Below, piece after piece: positions 28,840 through 38,907 of a stretch of 64,000 nt of DNA (its first letter is position 1; each line of letters begins with the position of its first letter). The stretch spans positions 4,658-68,657 of the forward strand of contig JAWOLC010000001.1 of NCBI GenBank assembly GCA_033853925.1, in the 5' to 3' direction. The DNA comes from Candidatus Eiseniibacteriota bacterium. Its GTDB lineage: Bacteria > Eisenbacteria > RBG-16-71-46. Made by a program: the position numbers and the translations under genes. Under the pieces are notes generated by a model. It made no database searches and was not told the DNA's origin. It saw nothing but the letters and a program-made list of their open reading frames with translations.

Positions 28840-28987
28840 ACGCCGGGCGCTGGGAGCGTCGTGCCCGGGGCTCCGGGCGGGGACGTTGCGTGGCGCGGCT
28901 CGCCTGCCCTAGCCTCTCGCGGGCCACGCGGTGCGGATGGCGGAGGGGGCCCTGGCGGCCGATGGAGCGAGGCACCATCACTTGCCG

Positions 28988-29995
28988 ATGAAGCCAGAGG
29001 AGAGCGCCGCGCCGCGCGCGGCAGACGGCGTGATCGTCGTCGAGCACCTGGTCAAGCACTACGGCGCCATCCAGGCGGTGAACGACGTCTCCTTCACCGT
29101 CGGGCAGGGGGAGATCTTCGGCTTCCTGGGTCCCAACGGGGCCGGGAAGACGACCACGATCAGCATCCTCTGCACTCTGCTGACCCCCACCGCCGGCCGC
29201 GTCCGGGTGGCCGGCTTCGACGTCATCCGCCAGCGCAACGGCGTGCGCCACTCGATCGGCCTGGTGTTCCAGGAGCCCGCGCTCGATCTCAAGCTCACGG
29301 CCGAGGAGAACCTCTACCTCCACGCCCGCCTCTACGGCGTGCCGCCCGCGGACTACCGGGAGCGCCTCCGCGAGGTGCTGACCCTGGTCGAGCTGTGGGA
29401 GCGGAGGAAGGACAAGGTCGAGACGTTCTCGGGCGGCATGAAGCGCCGCCTCGAGATCGCCCGCGGGCTCATCCACTATCCCAAGGTGCTGTTCCTGGAC
29501 GAGCCCACGCTGGGTCTCGACCCCCAGACGCGCAATCACCTGTGGACCTACATCCTTCGGCTCAAGGCGGAGAAGGGAATGACGATCTTCCTCACGACGC
29601 ACTACATGAACGAGGCGGAGTACTGCGACCGGATCGGCATCATCGACCACGGTCGCCTGGTGACCCTGGATGCGCCGGATCGGCTGAAGGAGCGCCTGGG
29701 CGGCGACGTGGTCAGTCTGCGCAGCCCGGCGCCCCCCGCGGCCGTGATCGAGGAGTTGAACCTCCTGGGGCTCGCGGCCAGGGCCGACGGAGACTCGATT
29801 CGCTTCGAGACGGGCGATGCCGGGCGGCACGTGCCCGAGATCATCCGCTCCCTCTCCGTGGCGGTGGACTCCATCGAGATCCACAAGCCCACGCTGGAGG
29901 ACGTCTTCCTCGCGCTCACCGGCCACGCCCTGCGGGACTTGACCGGCGCGAGCGAGCGTGCCCGGCAGTCCCTCCGCCACATGAGGAGGCACTGA
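28988..29995 (+). CDS. ABC transporter ATP-binding protein (ABC-2 / DrrA-like exporter family)
   Basis: Walker A GPNGAGKTT, signature FSGGMKRRLEIA and Walker B VLFLDEPTLGLD. Confidence 0.85.
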   Translation: MKPEESAAPRAADGVIVVEHLVKHYGAIQAVNDVSFTVGQGEIFGFLGPNGAGKTTTISILCTLLTPTAGRVRVAGFDVIRQRNGVRHSIGLVFQEPALDLKLTAEENLYLHARLYGVPPADYRERLREVLTLVELWERRKDKVETFSGGMKRRLEIARGLIHYPKVLFLDEPTLGLDPQTRNHLWTYILRLKAEKGMTIFLTTHYMNEAEYCDRIGIIDHGRLVTLDAPDRLKERLGGDVVSLRSPAPPAAVIEELNLLGLAARADGDSIRFETGDAGRHVPEIIRSLSVAVDSIEIHKPTLEDVFLALTGHALRDLTGASERARQSLRHMRRH

Positions 29996-30762
29996 TGAGA
30001 AACGAGCTGCGCGGGCTCTTCGTCATCTGGCAGCGGGAGATGCTGCGCTACGCCCGCAACCGCACGCGCATCGTGACCTCGCTCTTCCAACCGCTCCTCT
30101 TCCTCGTCATCTTCGGCAGCGGCCTGCGCCAGAGCCTGAGCGGTCAGGGAGTCGGCGGCGACTTCTTGAGGTTCATGTACCCGGGGATCGTGGCCATGGG
30201 CATCATGGGCATGGCCATGACCTCGGCCATCTCGATCGTCTGGGATCGGGAGTTCGGCTTCCTCAAGGAGATCCTGGTCGCCCCCGTCGCTCGCACCACC
30301 ATCGCGCTCGGCAAGGCCGTGGGAGGGACGACGACCGCGCTCGTCCAGGCGGCGATCCTCCTCGTGCTCGCCCCCTTCATCGGCATCCGGCTCACGGTGG
30401 GGCACCTCGCCGCTCTCCTCGGCCTGGGAGCCATGCTCTCCTTCGCCGTCTCGGGCCTCGGCATCCTGGTCGCCTCCCGCATGAAGTCCGTCGAGAGCTT
30501 CGGCCTGGTCATGCAGTTCGTGCTCTTCCCCATGTTCTTCCTCTCGGGAGCCTTCTTCCCCTTGCAGCGCACGCCCCCCTGGATGCAGCTCCTCACGCGC
30601 CTGAATCCGCTCTCCTACGGGGTGGACGCGTTTCGCGGCGTGCTGCTGGGCTCGGGAAGCCCGGCGCTCGTGCAGTCCATCCCCACGAACGTGGCCTGGC
30701 TCGTGGGCTTCTCCTGCGCGTTCATGACCCTGGCCGTGTGGCAGTTCCGGCGCATGGACTGA
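29995..30762 (+). CDS. ABC-2 type transporter permease
   Basis: ATG at 29995 overlaps the upstream TGA and follows the RBS GAGGAGG. The product is a 255-aa polytopic membrane protein with six hydrophobic segments, typical of ABC-2 permeases. Confidence 0.8.
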   Translation: MRNELRGLFVIWQREMLRYARNRTRIVTSLFQPLLFLVIFGSGLRQSLSGQGVGGDFLRFMYPGIVAMGIMGMAMTSAISIVWDREFGFLKEILVAPVARTTIALGKAVGGTTTALVQAAILLVLAPFIGIRLTVGHLAALLGLGAMLSFAVSGLGILVASRMKSVESFGLVMQFVLFPMFFLSGAFFPLQRTPPWMQLLTRLNPLSYGVDAFRGVLLGSGSPALVQSIPTNVAWLVGFSCAFMTLAVWQFRRMD

Positions 30763-31108
30763 GGCGCCGGTCGGCAGGAGAAGGAGCGCGAGGCCGCTCC
30801 GGCGCGGGGCGACCGCCGCAGCCCGGCCCGATGGCCGGACGCAGGAGCGACGCGGGGGAGGAGAGCCGGGCTCATCCGAGCTGCGGCCCGCGCCTGCCGA
30901 GCCGCGAAGCGGGCCTCGGCGGCGTGGCTCGCCGCCTCACTGCGCCGGACGGCCCGATCACTTTCCCGAAACACTCCCGCACGACCCTGCATCTAGCATA
31001 GGCACGGAGAGCCGCTCGGGCAGCCCGGGAGGACCTCCGCCGGCGAGCCAGCCCGCCCGGAGGATTCCGGCTGGTGCCGAAGCTCGAGGCCACCCATGGA
31101 GGCCGACA

Positions 31109-31707
<599 letters not shown>

Positions 31708-31711
<4 letters not shown>

Positions 31712-31944
31712 AGCGAAGCGGGAAGAGAGTCCTGGGAGCCGCGCTGCTCCTCGTTCTGGCCGCGGCGAGCAGCGGGTGCGCGGCGATGTCGGTGCGGCCC
31801 TGGGACAGGGATCTCCTGGCCCAGAAGAAGATGCGCCTCGATCCCTCACCCATGATCAACTCCGTGGACGACCACGTCTACTTCAGCAAGGAAGGATCCA
31901 CCGGGGGGCAGAACGTCGGTGGCGGGGGCTGCGGGTGCAACTAG
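31708..31944 (+). CDS. DUF4266-family small lipoprotein
   Basis: 78 aa. Lipobox LAAASSGC, then VRPWDRDLLAQKKMRLDP, YFSKEGSTGG and the terminal GGGCGCN, which are the hallmark motifs of DUF4266. Confidence 0.65.
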
Positions 31945-33221
31945 ACCCCGCGGGCCGCATCGTCTCCGTGCGGCAACGGCTGAGCGCCGCAGCCTGCGTC
32001 CTCCTGGCCGCCGGCGTGCCCGCGGGGGCGCGGGCGGACCCTGCCGGCGCCGCCGCTCCCGACACCGCGGCCTGGCAGCTCGACGCGACGGGCCTCATCT
32101 ACGGCGAGGAGAACCGCGCGAACGTGGTCGAGCCCGTGGCTCGCCTCACCCGTCTCTTCCCCGACGGCCAGACCCTGTCGGGACAGTTCACCATCGACGC
32201 GATCAGTGGGGCTTCGCCCACGGGAGCCTTGCCTTCGGGACAGGCCCAGACGACCACGAGCGCCTCGGGCACGGTGACCACCATCCCGGCGGGGCAGATA
32301 CCCACCAAGCCGTTCCGAGACCTGCGAGGCGCGGTGGACCTGGAGTGGCAGCGGCCTCTCGGCAGCCTGTTCACCGCCACGACCGGGGGACACTTCTCGC
32401 GGGAGAAGGACTACCAATCCCTGGGCGCGAACGTGAAGTTCTCCCTGGACGTCCTTCGCCGCCTGGCCACGCTCACCGCAGGCGTGGGGTACAACCGCGA
32501 CGGGGTCTTTCCCGTGGGGGGCACGCCGCCCGGACTGTCCGATGGTACCGTCATCCTCACGACCGCTCCCAATCCGAAGCGGGTCACGACGGGAGTCGTC
32601 GGCCTCTCGCGGGTGCTCACCCGGCGCTGGCTCGTGGGGGTGGACGCCTCGCGAACCTCGGAGCGCGGCTATCTGACCGAGCCGTACAAGGTCGTGAGCG
32701 TGGTGGACTCCGTGTCCGGACTCCCCATTGGCCAGCTCACGGACAGCCGTCCCTCCACGCGCAGCCGCAACGACGTGCTCGCCAGCTCCGTGTACCACCT
32801 GACCGACGACGTGATCTACGCCTCGTACCGGTACTACTGGGACGACTGGGGGGTTCGCTCGAACACGTTCGACGTCAAGTACCGGCACGAGCTGCCGCAG
32901 GGCACGTACGTCGAGCCCCACCTGCGCGTCTACACGCAGACTCCAGCCCGATTCTTCCGCTTCGGCCTCGTCCAGGGAGCGCCGCTCCCGGCCTTCGCCA
33001 CGAGCGACGACCGCCTGGGGCCCCTGCGGACGGCGACCCTCGGAGCCACCTTCGGCTTCCACATCCCCGACCAGCCCGGGGACTTCACCGTGCGGGGGGA
33101 GTACATCCGCCAGTGGGGTCGGGGGCACCCCGCCGACGCTCTCGGAGCCATGCGCCAGTTCGATCTCTTCCCCGCTGAGAACATCGGCTCGCTGGTGGCC
33201 GGATACTCGGTCCAGTTCTGA
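31935..33221 (+). CDS. DUF3570-family protein (predicted secreted/outer-membrane beta-rich protein)
   Basis: GTG at 31935 (or 31971) gives a signal peptide RLSAAACVLLAAGVPAGARA. The roughly 425-aa product is rich in alternating Y/W/T/S residues. It sits between the DUF4266 and ApbE genes, as in the conserved DUF4266-DUF3570 pairing. Confidence 0.55.
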   Translation: MQLDPAGRIVSVRQRLSAAACVLLAAGVPAGARADPAGAAAPDTAAWQLDATGLIYGEENRANVVEPVARLTRLFPDGQTLSGQFTIDAISGASPTGALPSGQAQTTTSASGTVTTIPAGQIPTKPFRDLRGAVDLEWQRPLGSLFTATTGGHFSREKDYQSLGANVKFSLDVLRRLATLTAGVGYNRDGVFPVGGTPPGLSDGTVILTTAPNPKRVTTGVVGLSRVLTRRWLVGVDASRTSERGYLTEPYKVVSVVDSVSGLPIGQLTDSRPSTRSRNDVLASSVYHLTDDVIYASYRYYWDDWGVRSNTFDVKYRHELPQGTYVEPHLRVYTQTPARFFRFGLVQGAPLPAFATSDDRLGPLRTATLGATFGFHIPDQPGDFTVRGEYIRQWGRGHPADALGAMRQFDLFPAENIGSLVAGYSVQF

Positions 33222-33228
33222 GGCTCGC

Positions 33229-34152
33229 GTGTCCACGGTGCCTCGGCTCTCCGCTGCCGCCAGCCACGGCTCGACGTCGCTGCTGCGGGTCGGTGACTAT
33301 TTCGCCGGCCACTTCTCGGCGATGGCCAGCCCCTGCGAGGTGCTGGTGGACACGGACGATCGCGGCGAGGCAGCCCGGGCGCTCGCGGCGGCGCGCAGCG
33401 AGGCGGCGCGAATCGAGCGGAAGTACAGCCGCTACCGCGCGGACAACCTCGTCCACCGCCTGAACCACGCGGCCGGACGGCCCGTCGCCGTGGATGCGGA
33501 GACCGCGCGGCTCCTCGACTACGCCGCCGCCTGCCACGAGATGTCGGAGGGGTCGTTCGACATCACCTCGGGCGCGCTGCGGCGCGTCTGGAAGTTCGAC
33601 GGCAGCGACCGGGTGCCCACGGCGGAGGCGGTGGGGGACGTGTTGCGGCTGGTGGGCTGGGAGCGGGTGACCTGGGCGGACTCCGTGCTGCAGATGCCGG
33701 CGGGCATGGAGATCGATCTGGGTGGGATCGGCAAGGAGTACGCCGTGGACCGCGCCGCGGCCCGCGTGGCGGCGCGCACGGACGCCGCCTTCCTCGTCAA
33801 CTTCGGCGGCGACCTCTTCGCGCGCGGTCCGCGCCGCGGGAATCGCTCCTGGGGCGTCGGCGTCGACGACCCCGCTCAGACGGGCGAGGCCACGCGGCTC
33901 CAGATCGAGCTCACCCGGGGTGGCCTGGCCACGAGCGGGGACGCTCGGCGCTACCTGCTCTGGCAGGGCAGGCGCCTGGGCCACATCCTGAATCCGAAGA
34001 CCGGCTGGCCCGTGGAGGGCGCGCCCCACTCGGTGACGGTCCTCGGCCCCACTTGCCTCGAGGCCGGGACGCTCTCCACCCTCGCCTTCCTGCATGGACC
34101 GCGAGCCCGCGACTTCCTCGCCGGCCAAGGGGTCCAGTTCTGGATCCTGTGA
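33229..34152 (+). CDS. apbE: FAD:protein FMN transferase (flavin transferase ApbE)
   Basis: 307 aa, with typical ApbE-family segments (LRVGDYFAGHF..MASPCEVLV ... ITSGALRRVW ... MEIDLGGIGKEYAVD ... LVNFGGDLFARG ... VGVDDP ... LATSGDARRY). Confidence 0.85.
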   Translation: MSTVPRLSAAASHGSTSLLRVGDYFAGHFSAMASPCEVLVDTDDRGEAARALAAARSEAARIERKYSRYRADNLVHRLNHAAGRPVAVDAETARLLDYAAACHEMSEGSFDITSGALRRVWKFDGSDRVPTAEAVGDVLRLVGWERVTWADSVLQMPAGMEIDLGGIGKEYAVDRAAARVAARTDAAFLVNFGGDLFARGPRRGNRSWGVGVDDPAQTGEATRLQIELTRGGLATSGDARRYLLWQGRRLGHILNPKTGWPVEGAPHSVTVLGPTCLEAGTLSTLAFLHGPRARDFLAGQGVQFWIL

Positions 34153-34167
34153 GGCTGGCCGCCCTTC

Positions 34168-34470
34168 TCAGGGACGCAGCGGCGCCGCGGCCATGTCGCC
34201 GATCACCGTGGTCCACTCGCGCACCCGCCAGCGGGGCACCAGGCCGTTGAGCACGTAGGGATCGGACTGCGCGAAGGCTTCCGCCACCCTCGGCGATTCG
34301 CCGCAGAAGAGCAGGATGGCGCCGTCCACGGGGTCGGCGAGCGCGCCCCCGAGCACCAGCTCTCCGCGGGCGTGGGCGGCCCAGGCGTACCCGAGGTGGG
34401 CTGTCCGGTACATCTTCCGCCTCGTCAGATAGTCGTCTGTCACCTCATAGAAGAGCAGGAAGTGCCTCAT
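34168..34470 (-). CDS. YciI-like (YCII-related) small protein
   Basis: The 100-aa product MRHFLLFYEVTDDYLTRRKMYRTAHLGYAWAAHARGELVLGGALADPVDGAILLF fits the YciI/dimeric alpha-beta barrel family. It is the only plausible gene inside the spurious 1480-aa antisense ORF 34168..38610. Confidence 0.6.
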   Translation of the reverse strand: MRHFLLFYEVTDDYLTRRKMYRTAHLGYAWAAHARGELVLGGALADPVDGAILLFCGESPRVAEAFAQSDPYVLNGLVPRWRVREWTTVIGDMAAAPLRP

Positions 34471-34710
34471 CCCATGCCTCCTCGTCGGGATCCCGGCCAA
34501 AGGCGAGCCGGCAGAATGTACACCCCGGCTCGGGGGAGGGCGGGCCAGCGTGGCGGCCGGGCCACGGGGAGTCGTCTGATTGCCCCGTTCCGGGGGCCGG
34601 GATGACAGCGGGGTCGACAGTTGCGTCTTCGAGTAAGCTGGATGCGGAGCCTGCGATGGAGGGCGACGCGGGGACCGGAACTTGCATCTGAACCCTTTGG
34701 GAGCGGAGTC

Positions 34711-36540
34711 ATGCGAAGACGGGAGCGAATCGGGGCGGCCGCCCCGCACAGGCATGCGCGCCTTCGGCGCCTCGCCCGGCGAGGCGCGGGAGCGTTCTTC
34801 GCGATGTGCATTGCGGGCGCCCTGGTGGCCGTGGCGGCCCGGGCGGACGAGGTCGCCGATGGCGACCGCGCCTTCGCGGCCGGCCGACTGGACGAGGCCC
34901 TGCGGCACTATCAGCAGGCGGCCAAGAGCGGCAGCCCGATCGGGCAAGCCGGCGTCGGCCGCGTGTGGCTGCGGCGCGGCCGCTACGAGCTGGCCATGGA
35001 GGCCTTCCAGCAGGCCGTGCACATGGACTCGGAATGCGCGCCGGGCTACTACGGCATGGGCGAGGTGCTCAAACGGCAGGGAAAGTGCCCGGACGCCATC
35101 CCCAACTTCGAGCGCGCCACGCGCATCAACCGCCGTTACCCCGAGGCCCAGCTCGATCTGGGCAATTGTCTGGTGGCCGCGGGTCGTTTCGAGGACGGCC
35201 TCGCGGCCCTGAACAAGGGCCTGGAATGGGGGCCCACGTGGCAGCCCCGCTTCCTGGTCGCGCGGGCGAGCGCCTGGCTGAGCCGCGATTCGCTCCGCGC
35301 GGCCGGGATCGACTTCACTCGCGCCCGCGAGCTGGCGCCCAACGACCCCACGATCCGCCGCGCCGTGGGTGAGTTCTACATGCAGCGAGGAACCTGGGCG
35401 CTGGCGGTGCCGGAGCTGCAGGCGGCCGTGGCCCTCGATTCCACCGATGCCGACGCGCAGTACTCGCTCGCCCAGGCTCTCTTCTTCGATCAGCGCTACG
35501 ACGAGGCCTTGCAGACCTACCGGAACCTGATCGCCCGGGATCCCGACTACGCGCCCGGCCTGATCGGGCTCGGGGACCTGCTCTATCGCGCGGCCACGGC
35601 CGACCCCCGCCGCTACCAGGAAGCGCGCGCGCCCCTTCTGCAGTACACGCTCCTCGAGCCCAAGGACCCGAAGGGCTGGAGCCTGCTCGGGCGGACCTAC
35701 TTCCACCTCGGGGTGATGGACTCGGCCCTCACCGCCCTCACGACGGCCGAGAAGCTCGGCGACACGACCAAGGAGTCCTTCACCGATCTGGGCCTCGTCT
35801 ACGCCGACCGCAAGGAGTGGGATCAGGCCGTGGCTGCCCTCAGCAAGGGCGATCTCGGCGTGCGCGAGTACTCGATCCTGGGGCAGATCTTCGAAGTGAC
35901 GGGCAGGTCCGAGCAGGCGGACTCGGTGTACCGCCTGATCCTGGCACAGGACTCCACGTCGGCGGTGGCGGGACTGGCTTACGGGCAGCGGGCCAAGGCG
36001 AGCTTCCGGGCCAAGGACTTCCCGGGGGCGCTGGATCTGTTCCAGCGGGCCATTGCCATCCAACCGGCGAGGGGCGAGTACTACTTCTACGAGGGTCTTT
36101 GCCTGAAGGAGCTGAATCGCGCCCCCGAGGCGCTGACGGCCTTGCAGAAGGCGGCGACCATCGACTCGACCCAGGCCGACCGCTTCTTCTGGCTGGGTGT
36201 CGTCGAGGACGGGCTGAAGCAGGTGGACGACGCTCAGCGGGCGTTCCAGCGCTCGATCGACCTCGCTCCGACGGGTCCCACGGCGGCTACCGCCTATCGG
36301 CAGCTCGGCTACTACCAGCTCCTGGACAAGAAGTGGACGGCCGCGACCCCGCTCCTCGAGAAGGCCGTGAGCCTGGCGCCGAACGACGAGCAGGCCTGGC
36401 TCTGGCTGGCTCAGGGGCACCAGAACGCCGGGAACCGCACGAAGGCCGCGGAATGCTATCGCAAGGTGCTGAGCCTGGACCCGAAGAACAGCGAGGCCCT
36501 GAAGGGACTGAAGAGCCTGGGCCCCGCGGCCAAGAAGTAG
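34711..36540 (+). CDS. Secreted TPR-repeat protein
   Basis: Signal peptide MRRRERIGAAAPHRHARLRRLARRGAGAFFAMCIAGALVAVAARA, followed by at least 10 TPR-like 34-aa repeats (A..Y......G.Y..A...F..A..LDP). Confidence 0.7.
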   Translation: MRRRERIGAAAPHRHARLRRLARRGAGAFFAMCIAGALVAVAARADEVADGDRAFAAGRLDEALRHYQQAAKSGSPIGQAGVGRVWLRRGRYELAMEAFQQAVHMDSECAPGYYGMGEVLKRQGKCPDAIPNFERATRINRRYPEAQLDLGNCLVAAGRFEDGLAALNKGLEWGPTWQPRFLVARASAWLSRDSLRAAGIDFTRARELAPNDPTIRRAVGEFYMQRGTWALAVPELQAAVALDSTDADAQYSLAQALFFDQRYDEALQTYRNLIARDPDYAPGLIGLGDLLYRAATADPRRYQEARAPLLQYTLLEPKDPKGWSLLGRTYFHLGVMDSALTALTTAEKLGDTTKESFTDLGLVYADRKEWDQAVAALSKGDLGVREYSILGQIFEVTGRSEQADSVYRLILAQDSTSAVAGLAYGQRAKASFRAKDFPGALDLFQRAIAIQPARGEYYFYEGLCLKELNRAPEALTALQKAATIDSTQADRFFWLGVVEDGLKQVDDAQRAFQRSIDLAPTGPTAATAYRQLGYYQLLDKKWTAATPLLEKAVSLAPNDEQAWLWLAQGHQNAGNRTKAAECYRKVLSLDPKNSEALKGLKSLGPAAKK

Positions 36541-36675
36541 ACGCTCGCCGCAGCGGCGGCACGAGAGCGCGGGCGGCGACGGAGACCCGATGGGCCGCCC
36601 GCGAGGCACGGCCGCCCGTGAGCAACGCCAGCGGAAAGCGAGAGCAGGCCCGATCCACGGAGGAGATGCAGGCAC

Positions 36676-37164
36676 ATGTCGAAGCCGCTCTGGAGCACGA
36701 CGGGCCTGGCCGCGGCCCTCCTGGTCGCGGCCGCGCTGGCCGCGGCCTTCGCGAGCGCTGCGCCAATGCCGGGGAGCAAGGATGCACCCTGGCGAGCCGA
36801 CCAGCTCCTGCAGCCCAAGCGGCTCGTCGCGGCTCTCTCCGGCCCGGTGGCCCGGCGGCCCGTCCTGCTGCACGTGGGCTTCAGCGTCCTCTACCCCGGC
36901 GGCAACATCCCCGGTTCGCGCGCAGTGGGCCCCACCTCGCGCCCCGAGGGGATCGCGGAGCTGAAGCGGGTGGCCGCAAGTCTTCCCCGGGATGCCGCCA
37001 TCGTGCTCTATTGCGGCTGCTGCCCGTGGAGCCACTGCCCGAACGTCGCCCCCGCCTTCCGCACGATGCGGAACCTGGGGTTCAAGCACGTCGAGGTGCT
37101 CTACATCCCCACGAACATGCAGAAGGATTGGGTGGATCGCGGTTATCCCCTCGTGGGCAAGTGA
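36676..37164 (+). CDS. Rhodanese-like (sulfurtransferase) domain protein with signal peptide
   Basis: Signal LAAALLVAAALAAAFASAAP. Active-site-loop-like YCGCCPWSHC, embedded in a rhodanese-like segment IVLYCG. Confidence 0.55.
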   Translation: MSKPLWSTTGLAAALLVAAALAAAFASAAPMPGSKDAPWRADQLLQPKRLVAALSGPVARRPVLLHVGFSVLYPGGNIPGSRAVGPTSRPEGIAELKRVAASLPRDAAIVLYCGCCPWSHCPNVAPAFRTMRNLGFKHVEVLYIPTNMQKDWVDRGYPLVGK

Positions 37165-37344
37165 GGCAGGCCGCGGAGTGAAAGCCACCTGAACGGCGCC
37201 GGAGCCCAGCCGGCGCCGGGCGGCCGTCGCGATTTCGAGGGGGCGCCGGCCGGGGACCCTGACGAAGTCCCCCCCCGCGGGCCGGCCTCGAGTCGCCGGC
37301 GAATCGCGCTGGACTGCCGGACGCGGCCGGGGCAGACTCGCGCA

Positions 37345-38907
37345 ATGGCCACTCCTTCCGCTCAGGCCACCCGCACGCTCCTCGAAGCCCTGCGGGGCGT
37401 GATGTGCCAGCTCGCCGAGCCCTCGACCGTGCTCCGCACCCTGCTCGAGCAGGCGGTGGCCCAGACCGGCGCCCAGCGAGGGCTGTTCGTCGAGGTGGCC
37501 GAGGCGGGCGAGCTGACGTACCGGGTCCTGCACGGCTACCAGCCGAAGCAGCTCGAGGGAGAGGCGGGGCGGTTCAGCCGCAGCCTTTTCAATCGCGTCC
37601 TCGCGTCGGGCCGAGGCGTGCTCCTCGGGAGCGTCCTGGACGACCCGGGTTACGCCGAGCTGGAGTCCGCGCGTGCCCTGCGCGTCGCCTCCGTACTGTG
37701 CGCGCCGATCCGCACGGGTGGACGCGTGGCGGCGCTGATCTACCTCGAGCACCGGCAGCCGGTCTACTTCCGCGAGGAGCACCTGGCGCTCGTCGAGTCG
37801 CTGGCGGAGGTGGCGGATCCGATACTCGGAGCCCTGCAGGCAGGCCGCGACACGATCCGCGAGCGCGACCAGCTCCGCCTGTCGGAGACCCGCTATCGGG
37901 GCGAGGCGGAGGAGTCGCGCAAGCTGCTGGCCTCGGAGTGGTCGTTCGGCCGTTTCGTCGGCCATTCGCCGGTCGTGCGCGAGCTGGAGACCACGGTCCG
38001 CAAGGCCGCGGCCACTTCGTTCCCGGTCCTGATCCTGGGGGAGACCGGAACGGGCAAGAGCATCCTCGCTCGCATCCTGCACTACACGAGCCCGCGCGCC
38101 GCCGGCCCCCTGGTGACGGTCTTCTGTCCTTCGCTCGAGAAGGGCCTCGTGGAATCGGAGCTGTTCGGCCACCGGCGCGGCGCCTTCACGGGCGCGGTGT
38201 CGGATCGTCTCGGCAAGGTGCAGGTCGCCGAGGCCGGGACCCTGTTCCTGGACGAGATCGGCGAGCTGCCCCTCGAGATCCAGCCGAAGCTCCTCAGGCT
38301 CCTGCAGGAGAAGACCTACGAGCGAGTGGGGGACCCGCAGGAGAGGAAGGCGGACGTGCGCGTGATCGCGGCGACGAACCAGGATCTGGACGTGGCAGTC
38401 CAGGAGGGGCGCTTTCGCCAGGACCTCTACACGCGGCTGAACTTCATCCCGATCCACGTCCCGCCGCTGAGGGAGCGGGTCGCCGACCTGGGGCTGCTCC
38501 TCCGCCACTGCCTCGACCAGACGGACGCGGGCCGCTGGCTGGAGATCTCGGCCGAGGCCGGCAGCTTCCTCGAGCAGCTCGACTTCTCCTGGCCGGGGAA
38601 CGTGCGCCATGTCGAGCAGCTCGCCGCGCGCCTGAGCATGGAGGGTGGCCAGGGGCCCGTCACGGCCGAGGCCCTGGCCAGGCTCCTGGACACGCGTGAG
38701 GGGCGAGCCGATGCCTCCCGGGGCGCGGGGCGCGCGAAGCTGGAGGCCGGCCTGCCTCGGCTCCTCGAGGAAGCCGAGCGCGGCTGGCTGGAGGAGGCGC
38801 TCCGCCGCTATCCCAAGCTCACGCGGGCCCAGCTCGCGGCGAAGCTGAAGATCAGCGAGTCGCTGCTCTACAAGAAGCTCCGCGAGTACGGGATCTACCC
38901 CGAGTGA
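37345..38907 (+). CDS. Sigma-54-dependent transcriptional activator with N-terminal GAF domain (GAF, AAA+ sigma54-interaction domain, Fis-type HTH)
   Basis: Walker A ILGETGTGKS, GAFTGA motif ELFGHRRGAFTGA, Walker B GTLFLDEIGELP, and a C-terminal HTH LTRAQLAAKLKISESLLYKKLREYGI. Confidence 0.85.
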   Translation: MATPSAQATRTLLEALRGVMCQLAEPSTVLRTLLEQAVAQTGAQRGLFVEVAEAGELTYRVLHGYQPKQLEGEAGRFSRSLFNRVLASGRGVLLGSVLDDPGYAELESARALRVASVLCAPIRTGGRVAALIYLEHRQPVYFREEHLALVESLAEVADPILGALQAGRDTIRERDQLRLSETRYRGEAEESRKLLASEWSFGRFVGHSPVVRELETTVRKAAATSFPVLILGETGTGKSILARILHYTSPRAAGPLVTVFCPSLEKGLVESELFGHRRGAFTGAVSDRLGKVQVAEAGTLFLDEIGELPLEIQPKLLRLLQEKTYERVGDPQERKADVRVIAATNQDLDVAVQEGRFRQDLYTRLNFIPIHVPPLRERVADLGLLLRHCLDQTDAGRWLEISAEAGSFLEQLDFSWPGNVRHVEQLAARLSMEGGQGPVTAEALARLLDTREGRADASRGAGRAKLEAGLPRLLEEAERGWLEEALRRYPKLTRAQLAAKLKISESLLYKKLREYGIYPE